Origin: an uncultured Candidatus Rokubacteria bacterium
GTDB taxonomy: Bacteria > Methylomirabilota > Methylomirabilia > Rokubacteriales > CSP1-6
NCBI GenBank assembly: GCA_963771355.1
Contig: CAVYTA010000006.1
Location: forward strand, 1,248,001 to 1,312,000
DNA: 64,000 nucleotides
Reading direction: 5' to 3'
Position numbers and translations under genes: made by a program. Position 1 is the first letter of the stretch; every line of letters begins with the position of its first letter. This document shows, piece after piece, positions 20,920 to 30,185 of this stretch. Under the pieces are notes generated by a model, which worked only from the letters and a program-made list of their open reading frames with translations, did no database searches and was not told the origin of the DNA.

Positions 20920-22710
20920 TCAGCCCAGGAAGTAGCGGCGCGGATCGAAGAGGCGGATCAGCCCCAGCTCCTCATCCGTGGGCGCCGCGAAGCGGCGGAG
21001 TCGCGGCGCCACCTGCAGATCCCACCCGCAGGCGGCGCGCGCGGCCTGCGCCGCTTCAGCCTCCGGCGCCGTCCCCAGGATTCCCGTCAGGCGGAGCTCC
21101 CCGTGCTCCCCGTCCTTCTCGTAGACCCCGAGCTGGGACACCACCGTGCGCACGGTGCGGCCGGGCGCGGTGATGTAGGGCACCTTGTCCACGAAGCGTC
21201 GCGCCGACTGCTCGAGGCAAACCACCACCTCGCGCGCGGACGAGGTGATGTCGTTGGCTCCGCCCGAGCCGGTGACATAGGTCACCCCGGGGATGATGGT
21301 CGAGTTGATATTGCCGTGCTTGTCGATCTGCCCCGCCGCCAGCGAGCCCAGGCACTGGTTGTGGCGGCCGCCCATGAAGATCCCCATCACGTGGAGGATG
21401 TCGGTGAGCATCTTGCAGGAGGGGAAGTTGCGGAAGGAGAAGACGAAGGGCTCGGCCGGCCGCGGGAGATACCCGACCATGCCGGTCTCCGCCATGATCT
21501 CGATGTCCACGCCGGCGCGCTTCAGCTCGTAGCCGGCCAGCCAGGCGGCCAGGTTCGAGTTCCCCACGCCGGCGAGAAAGGTCCGGTAACCGCGCGCGCG
21601 CACTTTCTCCGCGAGCATCCGGGCGGCGGCGGTGACGGCCAGCTCGGCCCCGGTGGGCGCCGGGCCCCCGCTCGAGCGTGGGACCGGGAGCCGGCTCGCG
21701 AGCGACTCCAGCTCGGACACCCAGGCGTCGGTGTGGGCGCGGCCCTTGGTCTCCATGATCTTGGCGTAGCCCACCTTGGCGAGATACGCGGCGTGATCCG
21801 GCAGGTCGAGCATCCACTCCCGGATCCAGGCGTCCGCGGTCTCGGGCTTCCGGAAGGCCTGGCGGCACTCCAGGATCCAGTCGATGTCCTCCGCGTAGCT
21901 CTCGAGCTCGGGCACGTTCATGCCCCACATGCCGCCCGGGTGGTTGCCATGCGGCGTCTCCACCACCGCCTGCACGTACTGGGCGGGGAGGCGAACGAGA
22001 TTCGCGTGGCGGCGGATGAAGTCGGTGGAGACGATCTTCTCCACCGTGACGATGGCGCCGCGGCGCGCGGCCATGGCGCCGTAGAGATTCTCGTTGAGGG
22101 GCGGCGCGGCGATGAGATTGCCCGAGCGATCGGCGGCCCAGGCATGGATGAGGGCCATGTCGGGCACCAGGGCGCGGACGAAGGCCACGCGGCCCTCGGT
22201 GCCGAAGGGATCGTCGGCGACGATGAGGTCGCCGGCGCGCGCGTTGTCCTCCTCCATCGAGGAGCCCAGCAGCGAGCGCGTGGGCAGGAACGGCACGCCC
22301 ATGGCGCCGGCAAGGAGCCGCAGCGGGAAGGTCAGCATGGACCAGTTGGAGACGTCGAGCCGTCCGTCCAGCACCGCGCGCGAGATGAGCGGCTGCGGCG
22401 TGGGGAACGGATAACCTTCGCCCATGAAGGTGGTGATCACGCGGCGGACGAGGCCGCCGTGGATGAGCGCCGTCCAGGGGGAGCCGAGGCCGACGGTGGC
22501 GACGGTGAAGTTCGGTCGCCGGCCCCACCACTGACGGACCAGCTCGCGAATGAGCGGGTTGGCGCGGCCATGCGCGGCGCCGAGATAAAGGGTGTCGCCG
22601 GCGCGCACGTGCCGCCCGACCGCCTCGGCCAAAGTGGTGAGCTTGTCCGGCCCCTCGTGGGGGGGCACGTCGAGGCGGCGTGCGATCAGCTCTTGATAGT
22701 GGGAGTCCAT
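20920..22710 (-). CDS. fused alpha/beta family I CoA-transferase (glutaconate CoA-transferase-like)
   Basis: DKLTTLAEAV, AGAMGVPFLPTRSLLGS, MAETG, GQIDKHGNINST, GSGGAND. Confidence 0.88.
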   Translation of the reverse strand: MDSHYQELIARRLDVPPHEGPDKLTTLAEAVGRHVRAGDTLYLGAAHGRANPLIRELVRQWWGRRPNFTVATVGLGSPWTALIHGGLVRRVITTFMGEGYPFPTPQPLISRAVLDGRLDVSNWSMLTFPLRLLAGAMGVPFLPTRSLLGSSMEEDNARAGDLIVADDPFGTEGRVAFVRALVPDMALIHAWAADRSGNLIAAPPLNENLYGAMAARRGAIVTVEKIVSTDFIRRHANLVRLPAQYVQAVVETPHGNHPGGMWGMNVPELESYAEDIDWILECRQAFRKPETADAWIREWMLDLPDHAAYLAKVGYAKIMETKGRAHTDAWVSELESLASRLPVPRSSGGPAPTGAELAVTAAARMLAEKVRARGYRTFLAGVGNSNLAAWLAGYELKRAGVDIEIMAETGMVGYLPRPAEPFVFSFRNFPSCKMLTDILHVMGIFMGGRHNQCLGSLAAGQIDKHGNINSTIIPGVTYVTGSGGANDITSSAREVVVCLEQSARRFVDKVPYITAPGRTVRTVVSQLGVYEKDGEHGELRLTGILGTAPEAEAAQAARAACGWDLQVAPRLRRFAAPTDEELGLIRLFDPRRYFLG

Positions 22711-23063
22711 ATCCTCCTCTTGACGCGCGAGGGGACCCAGCGGGCCAGGCGCTTCGCCACGGCGGCGGTGGCGTCCAGTGACGCCGGATCGCCCGGCCAG
22801 TATTTCAGGACGATCGACCGGTCGAGCACGTTCAGGAGCCCGTCCAGCACCACCGCCACCAGGAGGGCGTCGTCGAGATAGCCGACGATGGGGAGGAAGT
22901 CGGGGATGAGATCGATGGGGCTGGCCAGGTACACCGCCACCGCCGTCAGCGCAATCTTCGCGGCGCGGGGTACCGCGCGGTCGGCGAGGAGGCCGGTCAG
23001 CATTCGCGCAAGCCGGGGCAGCAGGAGCACCAGTTGCTGGATCGCGCGGAACGGCCCGTTCAC
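22686..23063 (-). CDS. YkvA/DUF1232 family membrane protein
   Basis: YLASPIDLIPDFLPIVGYLDD. Confidence 0.9.
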   Translation of the reverse strand: MNGPFRAIQQLVLLLPRLARMLTGLLADRAVPRAAKIALTAVAVYLASPIDLIPDFLPIVGYLDDALLVAVVLDGLLNVLDRSIVLKYWPGDPASLDATAAVAKRLARWVPSRVKRRIWTPTIKS

Positions 23064-23067
23064 GACG

Positions 23068-25062
23068 CTACTCGAGGCTCTCCGCGACGAGCTCGGCGAT
23101 GTCCTTCACCTGCAGGCGCTCCTCCGCCCCCACGACTTTTCGCCCCAGGTCCACCATTGCGAGGCAGAAGGGGCAGGCGCTCGCGACCACGTCCGGCGCG
23201 ACGGACAGCGCCTCCTCCACTCGGATGACGTTGACGCGCTTCTTGGCCGGCGTCTCCATCCACATCTGCCCGCCCCCGCCCCCGCAGCAGAGCCCGCGCT
23301 CGCGGTTGCGCGGCATCTCGATGAGCTTGAGGCCCGGCACGTAGATCGCGGTCTCGCGGGGCGCATCGAAGATCCCGTTGTACCGGCCCAGATAGCAGGA
23401 GTCGTGAAAGGCCACCGTCTTGTCCAGCGGCTTGGTGGGCGTGATGCGGCCCTCGCGAAGCAGCTCGCGGATGACCACCGAGTGGTGGAGCACCTCGAAG
23501 CTCCCGTCGAACTGCGGGTACTCGTTCTTGATGGTGTTGAAGCAGTGCGGGCAGTGGGTGATGACCTTCTCGAACGCGTACTGCTTGATGTGGCCGACGT
23601 TCTCCTCGGTCACCATCTGGTAGAGGTACTCGTTGCCCAGCCGCCGGGCCACCTCCCCGTGGCAGCGCTCCTCGGCCATGACCCCGAAGGACACCCCCGC
23701 CCGCTTGAGGATCTTGACCACCGACCGCGCGATGGCCTGGTTGCGGCGGTCGTAGGAGGCCGAGCAGCCCACCCAGTAGAGGAACTCCACCGGCTTGCCC
23801 GGCTCCAGCACGGGGACGTCCAGCCCCTCCGTCCACGCGAGCCGCTCGGTGGGCGCGAGGCCCCAGGGATTGCCCGCCCGCTCGATGTTCTGAAGGGTCA
23901 TGGGCGCGGTGGACGGGAGCGTGCCCTCCGAGAGCGTGAGGAAGCGCCGGAGGTCGATGATGGTGTCCACGATGTCGATGTGGGCGGGGCACTCCTCCAC
24001 GCACGCCATGCAGGTGGTGCAGGCCCAGAGCTCGTCGGCCTGGATGACGTCGCCGTGCAGGGGCCGGGTGTCGCCGTCCAGCATGTAGCGCTTCAGCTTG
24101 ACGATGACCGCCTTGGGGTTCAGCGCGCTGCCGGACAGATAGGCGGGGCACGCGTCCTGGCAGCGGCCGCACTCCACGCAGGCGTCGAAGTCCAGCCGCC
24201 GCTTCCAGGAGAACTCCTCGAACTTGGAGATGCCGAGGCTCTCCGCCTCCTCGATGTTCTCGATCTTGGCGATGGCGCCGCGGGGGCCCAGCTTGGAGAA
24301 GAAGATGTTCAGAGGGGTGGTGATCAGGTGCATGAAGTACGAGTGCGGGACCAGCGCGATGAAAGCGAGCGCCACCACCGCGTGGAAGAGCCAGACTCCC
24401 AGGTAGAGGCTGCGTAACGCGCCCTCCCCGAGCCCCACCCCCAGGAACATCTGCCCCAGCGCGTAGCCCACCGGGGACCACGGCGCCCACCACGGCTTCA
24501 CCACCGCCAGCCGGCACGCCTCCATCACGAACCCGGTGGCGTTGATCACGAACAGAATGAGAAGCGCGTAGGCGAACTGGGGGGCGGGATCCACCCGCGC
24601 CGGCCGCTTGATGAAGCGGCGGTAGCACGCCATGCCGAGCCCCACCACGAAGAAGAGGCCGAACATGTCCAGCACCAGCTCGTAGAAGAGGTAGAAGTTC
24701 CCCTTGAGCAGCTTCACCCCCAGGAGCGGGAGTGTGATGTCGTAGTCGATGGTCGCCAGCACCGTGCCCATGAACAGCGCCAGGAAGCCCCAGAACACGG
24801 TGGCGTGCATGATGCCGGGGTAGGCCTGCGAGAGGACGCGAACCTGGAGGAGGCCGTAGGTGATGACCAGCCCCACCCGGGTGGGCAGGTGATCCCAGCG
24901 CATCTCGTAGCGGCCGCCCATCCAGATGCGCGCGCGCCGGCTCAGTCCCCACGCGAAGGCGGCCACCGCCAGCGCGCCGCCGATGTAGAGCGCGATCTGC
25001 GCCCACGACGGGACATTCCAGAACGTGTCGCGAAAGGGCAGGTCACCGTAGAGGGGGTTCAT
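23068..25062 (-). CDS. FadF/HdrD-like membrane Fe-S oxidoreductase (TM region, two 4Fe-4S motifs, CCG domains)
   Basis: CVECGRCQDACP, CTTCMACVEECP, CPHC, HDSCYLGR, CCGGGG; start ATG at 25062. Confidence 0.88.
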   Translation of the reverse strand: MNPLYGDLPFRDTFWNVPSWAQIALYIGGALAVAAFAWGLSRRARIWMGGRYEMRWDHLPTRVGLVITYGLLQVRVLSQAYPGIMHATVFWGFLALFMGTVLATIDYDITLPLLGVKLLKGNFYLFYELVLDMFGLFFVVGLGMACYRRFIKRPARVDPAPQFAYALLILFVINATGFVMEACRLAVVKPWWAPWSPVGYALGQMFLGVGLGEGALRSLYLGVWLFHAVVALAFIALVPHSYFMHLITTPLNIFFSKLGPRGAIAKIENIEEAESLGISKFEEFSWKRRLDFDACVECGRCQDACPAYLSGSALNPKAVIVKLKRYMLDGDTRPLHGDVIQADELWACTTCMACVEECPAHIDIVDTIIDLRRFLTLSEGTLPSTAPMTLQNIERAGNPWGLAPTERLAWTEGLDVPVLEPGKPVEFLYWVGCSASYDRRNQAIARSVVKILKRAGVSFGVMAEERCHGEVARRLGNEYLYQMVTEENVGHIKQYAFEKVITHCPHCFNTIKNEYPQFDGSFEVLHHSVVIRELLREGRITPTKPLDKTVAFHDSCYLGRYNGIFDAPRETAIYVPGLKLIEMPRNRERGLCCGGGGGQMWMETPAKKRVNVIRVEEALSVAPDVVASACPFCLAMVDLGRKVVGAEERLQVKDIAELVAESLE

Positions 25063-25071
25063 GGCCCGAAC

Positions 25072-25100
25072 AGAATCCGTTGGGTCTTCCGAGTTGTCAA
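25072..25100 (-). promoter_or_regulatory. sigma70-type promoter
   Basis: TTGACA-17 nt-GATTCT just upstream of ATG at 25062. Confidence 0.5.
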
Positions 25101-25182
25101 GAGTTTGACCGCGACGACCGCACTCGCCACAGATGACTCCGACGACGTCGTGGAAGATGAATCGGTCAGGACCGCGACCGCA

Positions 25183-25216
25183 TCCGCGACGCTTACAAGA
25201 CCGCCGGCGTCGCGGA
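25183..25216. terminator. stem-loop downstream of ABC substrate-binding gene
   Basis: TCCGCGACGC/GCGTCGCGGA 10-bp inverted repeat; no U-tract. Confidence 0.35.
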
Positions 25217-25241
25217 AGGACTCTGGGAGGCGGCGTCGAAG

Positions 25242-26252
25242 CTACTGGACCACGTGGTCGGCGCGGGCGGTGATGGCTTGCGGGATCGTCAACCCCAGGC
25301 TGGCGGCGACCTTGAGGTTGACCACCAGCTCGAGGTGGGTCGGCTGCTCGGCGGGCAGCGTAGCCGGCTTGGCGCCCTTGAGGATCCGATCCACGAAGAA
25401 GGCCACGCGCCGGCTGAGCCCGATGAGGCTCGGACCGTAGGACGCAAGCCCGCCCCTGTCCACGTACTCGCGCAGCTCGTAGATCGCCGGTATCCGGTGC
25501 TTCACGGCCAGCTCGACTATCTGCCGCGATGTGGTCCATGTCAGCGGGTCGGTCACCACCGTGAGCCCCTCGACCCGCTCTTGGGTCATGGCGGTGAACG
25601 CAGGCGGGATCTCGGACTCCGACCGCACAGGGAGCGACAGGAGTGTCACACTCAGCTGCCGCGCCGTCGCGTCGGTCTCCCGGAAGCCGAGGATGCCCGC
25701 CGGATTGGCCGGGTTCCACAGCACGGCCACGCGAGTGGCGCGCGGCACGATTTGCTTGAGCATCTCCAGCCGCTTGCCGGAGAGCTCGGTTGACAGGGCG
25801 CCGATCCCGGTGATGTTGCCTCCGGGCCGGGCCAGGCTGGAGATGAAGCCAAGCCCGACCGCGTCACCCACGGCCATCATGACGATCGGAATGGTGCTCG
25901 TCGCCCGTCGAGCGGCTTCGACGGCGGGATCGGCAACCGCGACGATGACATCCACCTTCAGCCGGGCCAAGTCTTCGGCGCTGGCCGTGAGTGCGGCGCG
26001 GCGTTCCGGCTGGGTCGTCGCCGTCAGGGGCGCGAATCGATACTCGACTTTGATGTTTTTGCCCTCGACCCAGCCCAGCTCGCCCATCGCCTCGCGACCC
26101 GCATTGAGATAGGGCATGGCGAAGGCGATCGGCCCGCCCCACAGCACGCCGACGCTCGGCATCCGTCCGGCCGCGGGCTGAGCCGGCGCGGGCGGGGCGA
26201 GCGTGAGGAGCGCCGCCAGCGTCACGACTACCCGGAGCCACGTCGATCTCAT
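25242..26252 (-). CDS. orphan ABC transporter substrate-binding protein
   Basis: Signal peptide, SLARPGGNITG, KRLEMLKQIVP, GGLASYGP, ILKGAKPATLPAEQPT. Confidence 0.9.
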   Translation of the reverse strand: MRSTWLRVVVTLAALLTLAPPAPAQPAAGRMPSVGVLWGGPIAFAMPYLNAGREAMGELGWVEGKNIKVEYRFAPLTATTQPERRAALTASAEDLARLKVDVIVAVADPAVEAARRATSTIPIVMMAVGDAVGLGFISSLARPGGNITGIGALSTELSGKRLEMLKQIVPRATRVAVLWNPANPAGILGFRETDATARQLSVTLLSLPVRSESEIPPAFTAMTQERVEGLTVVTDPLTWTTSRQIVELAVKHRIPAIYELREYVDRGGLASYGPSLIGLSRRVAFFVDRILKGAKPATLPAEQPTHLELVVNLKVAASLGLTIPQAITARADHVVQ

Positions 26253-26308
26253 CGGGGATCCTCCGCGAGGACAACCGGTTCCTTATACCACATCCTTCGT
26301 GGGGAGGC

Positions 26309-26341
26309 GGGAGGGCGCTCCCAGGGAAGAAGCGCCCTCCC
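26309..26341. terminator. GC-rich hairpin after cytochrome c' gene
   Basis: GGGAGGGCGCT/AGCGCCCTCCC 11-bp inverted repeat. Confidence 0.5.
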
Positions 26342-26362
26342 ACCGTGACGCGACGGCGAGCG

Positions 26363-26839
26363 CTAGCTCTTGATTTCCGGTCCGCGGAACGCGTTGTGAC
26401 AGGCCCCGCAGGACGTGCGGCCCATCTCGGTCACGGCGGCCTGCGTGGCCGCCTGGTCCTTGCCCCGCGCGATGCCCCTGACCTTCTTCGCCTGGTCCTC
26501 CAGACTCTTGGCGTAGCCATCGAACTCCGCCCGCTTCTGCCAGATCTCCGGCTTCGCCCGCGACTTCGGCGAGGTCGAGCCCGGCGGGAAGAGCGCGGGG
26601 ATCTGCTTGGCAGTGCTCGCGAGCACTTCCGCATCGGCCGCGACGGCCTCGACATTGCCGGCCCGCAGCTTGGCCGTGATGTCGGTCATGGCCTGCCCCT
26701 GACGCTTCATGAGCGCCTGTCGGTCGGCGATGACGTCGCCGGAGCCCGCCATCTTCTTGTCGCCGCTGGCGCAGCCGGCGATGAGACCCGCGGCCAGACT
26801 TCCCACGACCAGGGTCACGGTGATTGCCCGTCGCTTCAT
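26363..26839 (-). CDS. cytochrome c' (class II), probable lipoprotein
   Basis: Lipobox LIAGC, DRQALMK, SRAKPEIW, C-terminal CGACH; AGGAGG SD. Confidence 0.9.
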   Translation of the reverse strand: MKRRAITVTLVVGSLAAGLIAGCASGDKKMAGSGDVIADRQALMKRQGQAMTDITAKLRAGNVEAVAADAEVLASTAKQIPALFPPGSTSPKSRAKPEIWQKRAEFDGYAKSLEDQAKKVRGIARGKDQAATQAAVTEMGRTSCGACHNAFRGPEIKS

Positions 26840-26875
26840 ATCGCCTCCTTGGCTAGAGGGCACTGCACGCCGCCG

Positions 26876-27760
26876 CTACTTCCCGATCTTGTTGTGGACC
26901 GGCGGGATGGACTTGAGGTAGTGGGCGATGGCGAGACGATCCGCCTTCGTGAGGTCCTTGTATCCGGCGGTGGTCCCGTGGATCACCTCGGCCATCAGAC
27001 CCGACGCGACGTCGCCGTCGGCCTTGTTCCCGGTGCCGAGATAGTCGGCGATCTGATCCACCGTCCAGGTGAGCCCGGTGGTCTTGTCGGGCGTGATGTT
27101 CGGGACCTCGGAGTCCTCGGGTCCCTTGGGGTTGCCGGCCAGGAAGCGCGAGTTGTCGGTGGCCATGGTCATGGTCCGGGGAGTATGACACTCCCCGCAG
27201 TGCGACACCGCCCGCACGAGATACTCGCCGCGCGCGACGCCGCCGGTGGGCGCGGTGGGCGGCGGCGTCTCCTTCGGCGCGAAGGCGGCCAGCCAGGCGG
27301 GCAGGAACACCGACTCGAACATCGGCACCGTGATCTGCTTCGGCTGGTTCGGCCGGTTGACCGGAGGCAGGCTGCGGAGATAGGCGGTCACGGCCTTGAG
27401 GTCGCCCTCGGCCATGCCGTTGAACACGGTATACGGATGCACGGGCAGGAGCCGCTCGCCGTTGGGGCGGCGTCCCAGGCGGATGGCGGTGATGATCTGC
27501 TCATCCGTCCAGGAGCCGATGCCCGTCTTGGGATCGGGAGTGATATTGCTGGAGAAGACGGTCCCGAAGGGCCCGTCGTACTTGCGGCCGCCCGCGTTGA
27601 CGGGCTGCTTGGGCACGGTGTGACAGCCGCACCCACCGGTGGCCCCGAAGACATACTTCCCCCGGGCCAGCTCCGCGGCGCTGGGAGCCTGGGCGGCCGC
27701 CGGGGCGACCCCGGCCAGCGCCATCCCGACCAAAGCAAGCAGACCAAGGACGTGGCCCAT
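26876..27760 (-). CDS. diheme cytochrome c (GADH subunit III-like)
   Basis: Signal peptide, GCGCHT, SSNITPDPKTGIGSW, RGEYLVRAVSHCGECHTPR; start ATG at 27760. Confidence 0.88.
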   Translation of the reverse strand: MGHVLGLLALVGMALAGVAPAAAQAPSAAELARGKYVFGATGGCGCHTVPKQPVNAGGRKYDGPFGTVFSSNITPDPKTGIGSWTDEQIITAIRLGRRPNGERLLPVHPYTVFNGMAEGDLKAVTAYLRSLPPVNRPNQPKQITVPMFESVFLPAWLAAFAPKETPPPTAPTGGVARGEYLVRAVSHCGECHTPRTMTMATDNSRFLAGNPKGPEDSEVPNITPDKTTGLTWTVDQIADYLGTGNKADGDVASGLMAEVIHGTTAGYKDLTKADRLAIAHYLKSIPPVHNKIGK

Positions 27761-27825
27761 GAACTCCCCCAGTAACTGGTGACGAGGCGCCGGAGTTCCC
27801 CTGGGGACGCGACCGAGACTGGCGA

Positions 27826-28299
27826 TCAGCCGCCTCCGTCCAGGCGGGCCTCGGCCAGGCGGGTCTCCATGACGAGCGCGTCCTCGCCGGTGTCGAAGTA
27901 GTACCCCTTCCGCCGGCCGATCACGCTGAAGCCCAGGCTCTCGTAGAGCCCCAGGGCCTCCGAGTTGGTGGGGCGCACTTCCAGGAACGCGAGCGTGACG
28001 CCGCGGCCGCGGCCGTCCTCCAGCACGCTCTGGATCAGGCTCCGGGCCAGCCCCTGGCGTCGCCGGTCGGGATGCACGGCCAGGTTGGTGATGTGGATCT
28101 CGTGACCGATCTCCCACAGGCAGAGATAGCCGAGCAACCGGCCCTCGAGACGGATGACCAGGCAGCGGGCCACCCGATTCTGCATGATCTCGTACCGGAA
28201 GGCGGCGCGCGACCACGGCGTCTTGAACGACAGGCGCTCGATGTCGAGGACCTCGTCGAGGTCCTCCAGCGCCATGGGGGCGAGCGCCAGCGCTCGCAT
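27826..28299 (-). CDS. rimI: ribosomal protein S18 alanine N-acetyltransferase
   Basis: IERLSFKTPWS, EIHITNLAVHP..RRQG, FLEVRPTN, RRKGYY..EDALVM; follows tsaB. Confidence 0.92.
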   Translation of the reverse strand: MRALALAPMALEDLDEVLDIERLSFKTPWSRAAFRYEIMQNRVARCLVIRLEGRLLGYLCLWEIGHEIHITNLAVHPDRRRQGLARSLIQSVLEDGRGRGVTLAFLEVRPTNSEALGLYESLGFSVIGRRKGYYFDTGEDALVMETRLAEARLDGGG

Positions 28300-28985
28300 C
28301 ACGCGGTTCGCCGCGCCTTGAGCTCGGCCTCGGACGGCCGCAGGTAGAGGGGCGTCACCGCCTCCGCCGCGATCCCGTGACCGGCGGCGAGCATGGCGTG
28401 CCCGAGCTGGGCCACCGTGGCCGGCGAGGGCAGCCGCCGCGCCGGCGGCGCCTCGCGCACGCCCCCGCCCATCCGCGCCAGATACGGACGGCACGCGGGC
28501 ACTCCGTCGCCCAGCACGATGACGGGCGCCACCAGCTTCGCCGCCACCGCCTCGGGCGAGAGCGCCAGATAGTCCCACTCGCGTGTCATCTCGCACTCCC
28601 GCCACCGGTAGAGCGAGCAGAAGACCTCACCCTTGCGCGCGTCGAGCAGGGGGCAGACCGGCGCGTCCGCGAAGGGCAGCGTCGCGGCCAGCGCGTCGAG
28701 CGTGGGCACCGGGGCCACCGGCAGCCCCAGCGCCAGGGCCAGGCCCTTGACGGTGGCGATGCCCACGCGGAGCCCCGTGAACGAGCCGGGGCCGATGGAA
28801 ACCGCGAGCCCCTCCAGCTCCTTTGCCGACCAGCCACAGTCGGTCAGCAGCCGGTCCACCACCACCATCAGGCGCTCGGAGTGCGTGAGCGCGATGGACA
28901 CCGTGGTCTCTCCCACGAGGCGGTCACCGTCCAGCAGCGCGGCGCCTCCCGAGAGGGTGGCCGACTCGATCGCCAGGATCTTCAT
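28299..28985 (-). CDS. tsaB: tRNA t6A biosynthesis protein TsaB
   Basis: ILAIESAT, HSERL, GPGSFTGLRVG, DARKGEV, PLYLRPSEAE. Confidence 0.95.
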   Translation of the reverse strand: MKILAIESATLSGGAALLDGDRLVGETTVSIALTHSERLMVVVDRLLTDCGWSAKELEGLAVSIGPGSFTGLRVGIATVKGLALALGLPVAPVPTLDALAATLPFADAPVCPLLDARKGEVFCSLYRWRECEMTREWDYLALSPEAVAAKLVAPVIVLGDGVPACRPYLARMGGGVREAPPARRLPSPATVAQLGHAMLAAGHGIAAEAVTPLYLRPSEAELKARRTA

Positions 28986-29017
28986 CGCCGGGCCAGTTTA
29001 CCCGCGTATCTTTCCGG

Positions 29018-29046
29018 TTGACAAGGCAGCGCCCGGATTCCATTCT
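29018..29046 (+). promoter_or_regulatory. sigma70-type promoter
   Basis: TTGACA-17 nt-CATTCT. Confidence 0.5.
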
Positions 29047-29076
29047 GACCGCCAACCCCTCTGGAAGGAGCCCTGA

Positions 29077-29763
29077 ATGACCCCGCCGCCCTCGCGCAAA
29101 GACAGCGAAACCATGGACGCGGAGGTGCGCGAGAAGATTCATCTCGAGATCCTCAAGCGCACCGGCGCCTACCACGCCAACGACCACATCCTCCTCCCGT
29201 CGGGCCAGCACACCACGGAGTACATCGAGAAGACCCTCGTCACCACCGAGCCCTCGTTCACGGAGGGGCTGGGCGCGGTGATCGCCAAGCACTTCGCCCC
29301 CTGGCCCATCGACGTGGTGGTGTCGACGGGGCCGGGCGCGCTCATCCTCTCCCACTGCGTGGCGCGCGCGCATCCCTCGCGGCCCACCGTGCTGTACGGC
29401 ACCAAGGGGGTGAGCGGCGGGAAGCGCCGCGTGACGCTCCCGGTGGAGTTCCACCGCCTCATCCAGCCGAACACCAAGGTCCTGGTGGTGGAGGACCTCG
29501 TGAGCTCGGGCGCGACGGTGCGACTGCTCACCGAGCTCGTGGAGAGCCTGGGCGGCAAGATCGTCGGGATCGGCGCCCTCTGGCGTCGGACCAAGCGCAG
29601 CGACGTCGACGGCAAGACCATCTTCAGCCTCGTGAGCCGCGACTTCCCGACGTACCCGCCGGAGAGCTGCCCCCTCTGCAAGAAGGGCATGCCGCTCAAT
29701 CGCGAGTTCGTCAAGCGACGCGACGAGCGCAAGCCGTCCACCGCCGAGGAGGACGACGAGTAG
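29077..29763 (+). CDS. pyrE: type I phosphoribosyltransferase, orotate PRTase-like
   Basis: HILLPSGQHT, VEDLVSSGAT PRPP loop, CPLC tail. Confidence 0.7.
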   Translation: MTPPPSRKDSETMDAEVREKIHLEILKRTGAYHANDHILLPSGQHTTEYIEKTLVTTEPSFTEGLGAVIAKHFAPWPIDVVVSTGPGALILSHCVARAHPSRPTVLYGTKGVSGGKRRVTLPVEFHRLIQPNTKVLVVEDLVSSGATVRLLTELVESLGGKIVGIGALWRRTKRSDVDGKTIFSLVSRDFPTYPPESCPLCKKGMPLNREFVKRRDERKPSTAEEDDE

Positions 29764-29778
29764 CCCGCTGCCGCGCCG

Positions 29779-29827
29779 CGGGGCCCACCCCCAAGATATG
29801 GGCCCCGGAGGGGCCGAGAACCCCCTC
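29779..29827 (+). terminator. double hairpin after pyrE-like gene
   Basis: CGGGGCCCA/TGGGCCCCG and GAGGGG/CCCCTC stems. Confidence 0.4.
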
Positions 29828-29843
29828 ATCCTGTATTTTCTCC

Positions 29844-29872
29844 TTGACAGCATTTTTTCACCCCCTTAGAGT
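29844..29872 (+). promoter_or_regulatory. near-consensus sigma70 promoter
   Basis: TTGACA-17 nt-TAGAGT in a locally AT-rich stretch. Confidence 0.75.
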
Positions 29873-29925
29873 CCGAACTGTCCTAACTCCGCACGACGCG
29901 CGCGGATCGGGAGGGAGGTGACACG

Positions 29926-29964
29926 ATGGCGAAGAAGAAGGCTACGAAGAAGAAGAAGAAGTAA
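29926..29964 (+). CDS. 12-aa poly-lysine micropeptide MAKKKATKKKKK
   Basis: GGAGGTG SD 5 nt before ATG, own promoter, TAA stop. Confidence 0.6.
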   Translation: MAKKKATKKKKK

Positions 29965-30185
29965 GGCGCCTACGTAGTGGCGCTCGGCCCTGTCGGCCCC
30001 ATCCCGGCAGGGCCGAACCATCTCGGCGGATGTCCTGCTCTTGCGCGTACGCGCTCCGTCTCGTCGTCGCTTTCCTCAGACCTCCGATACGCCCCGACTC
30101 GTCCGGCTCCCTTCCCGGTTGTGCTTGTGCTTAAATGCCTTCGTATGACCGACGGCGGGACCCTCCCCGCGCACATCGGCTCGAC

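Noticed and set aside
25063..25719. Long N-terminal extension of the Fe-S oxidoreductase in the ORF track
   Set aside because: It overlaps the ABC substrate-binding gene, and a promoter and ATG at 25062 define the likely start.
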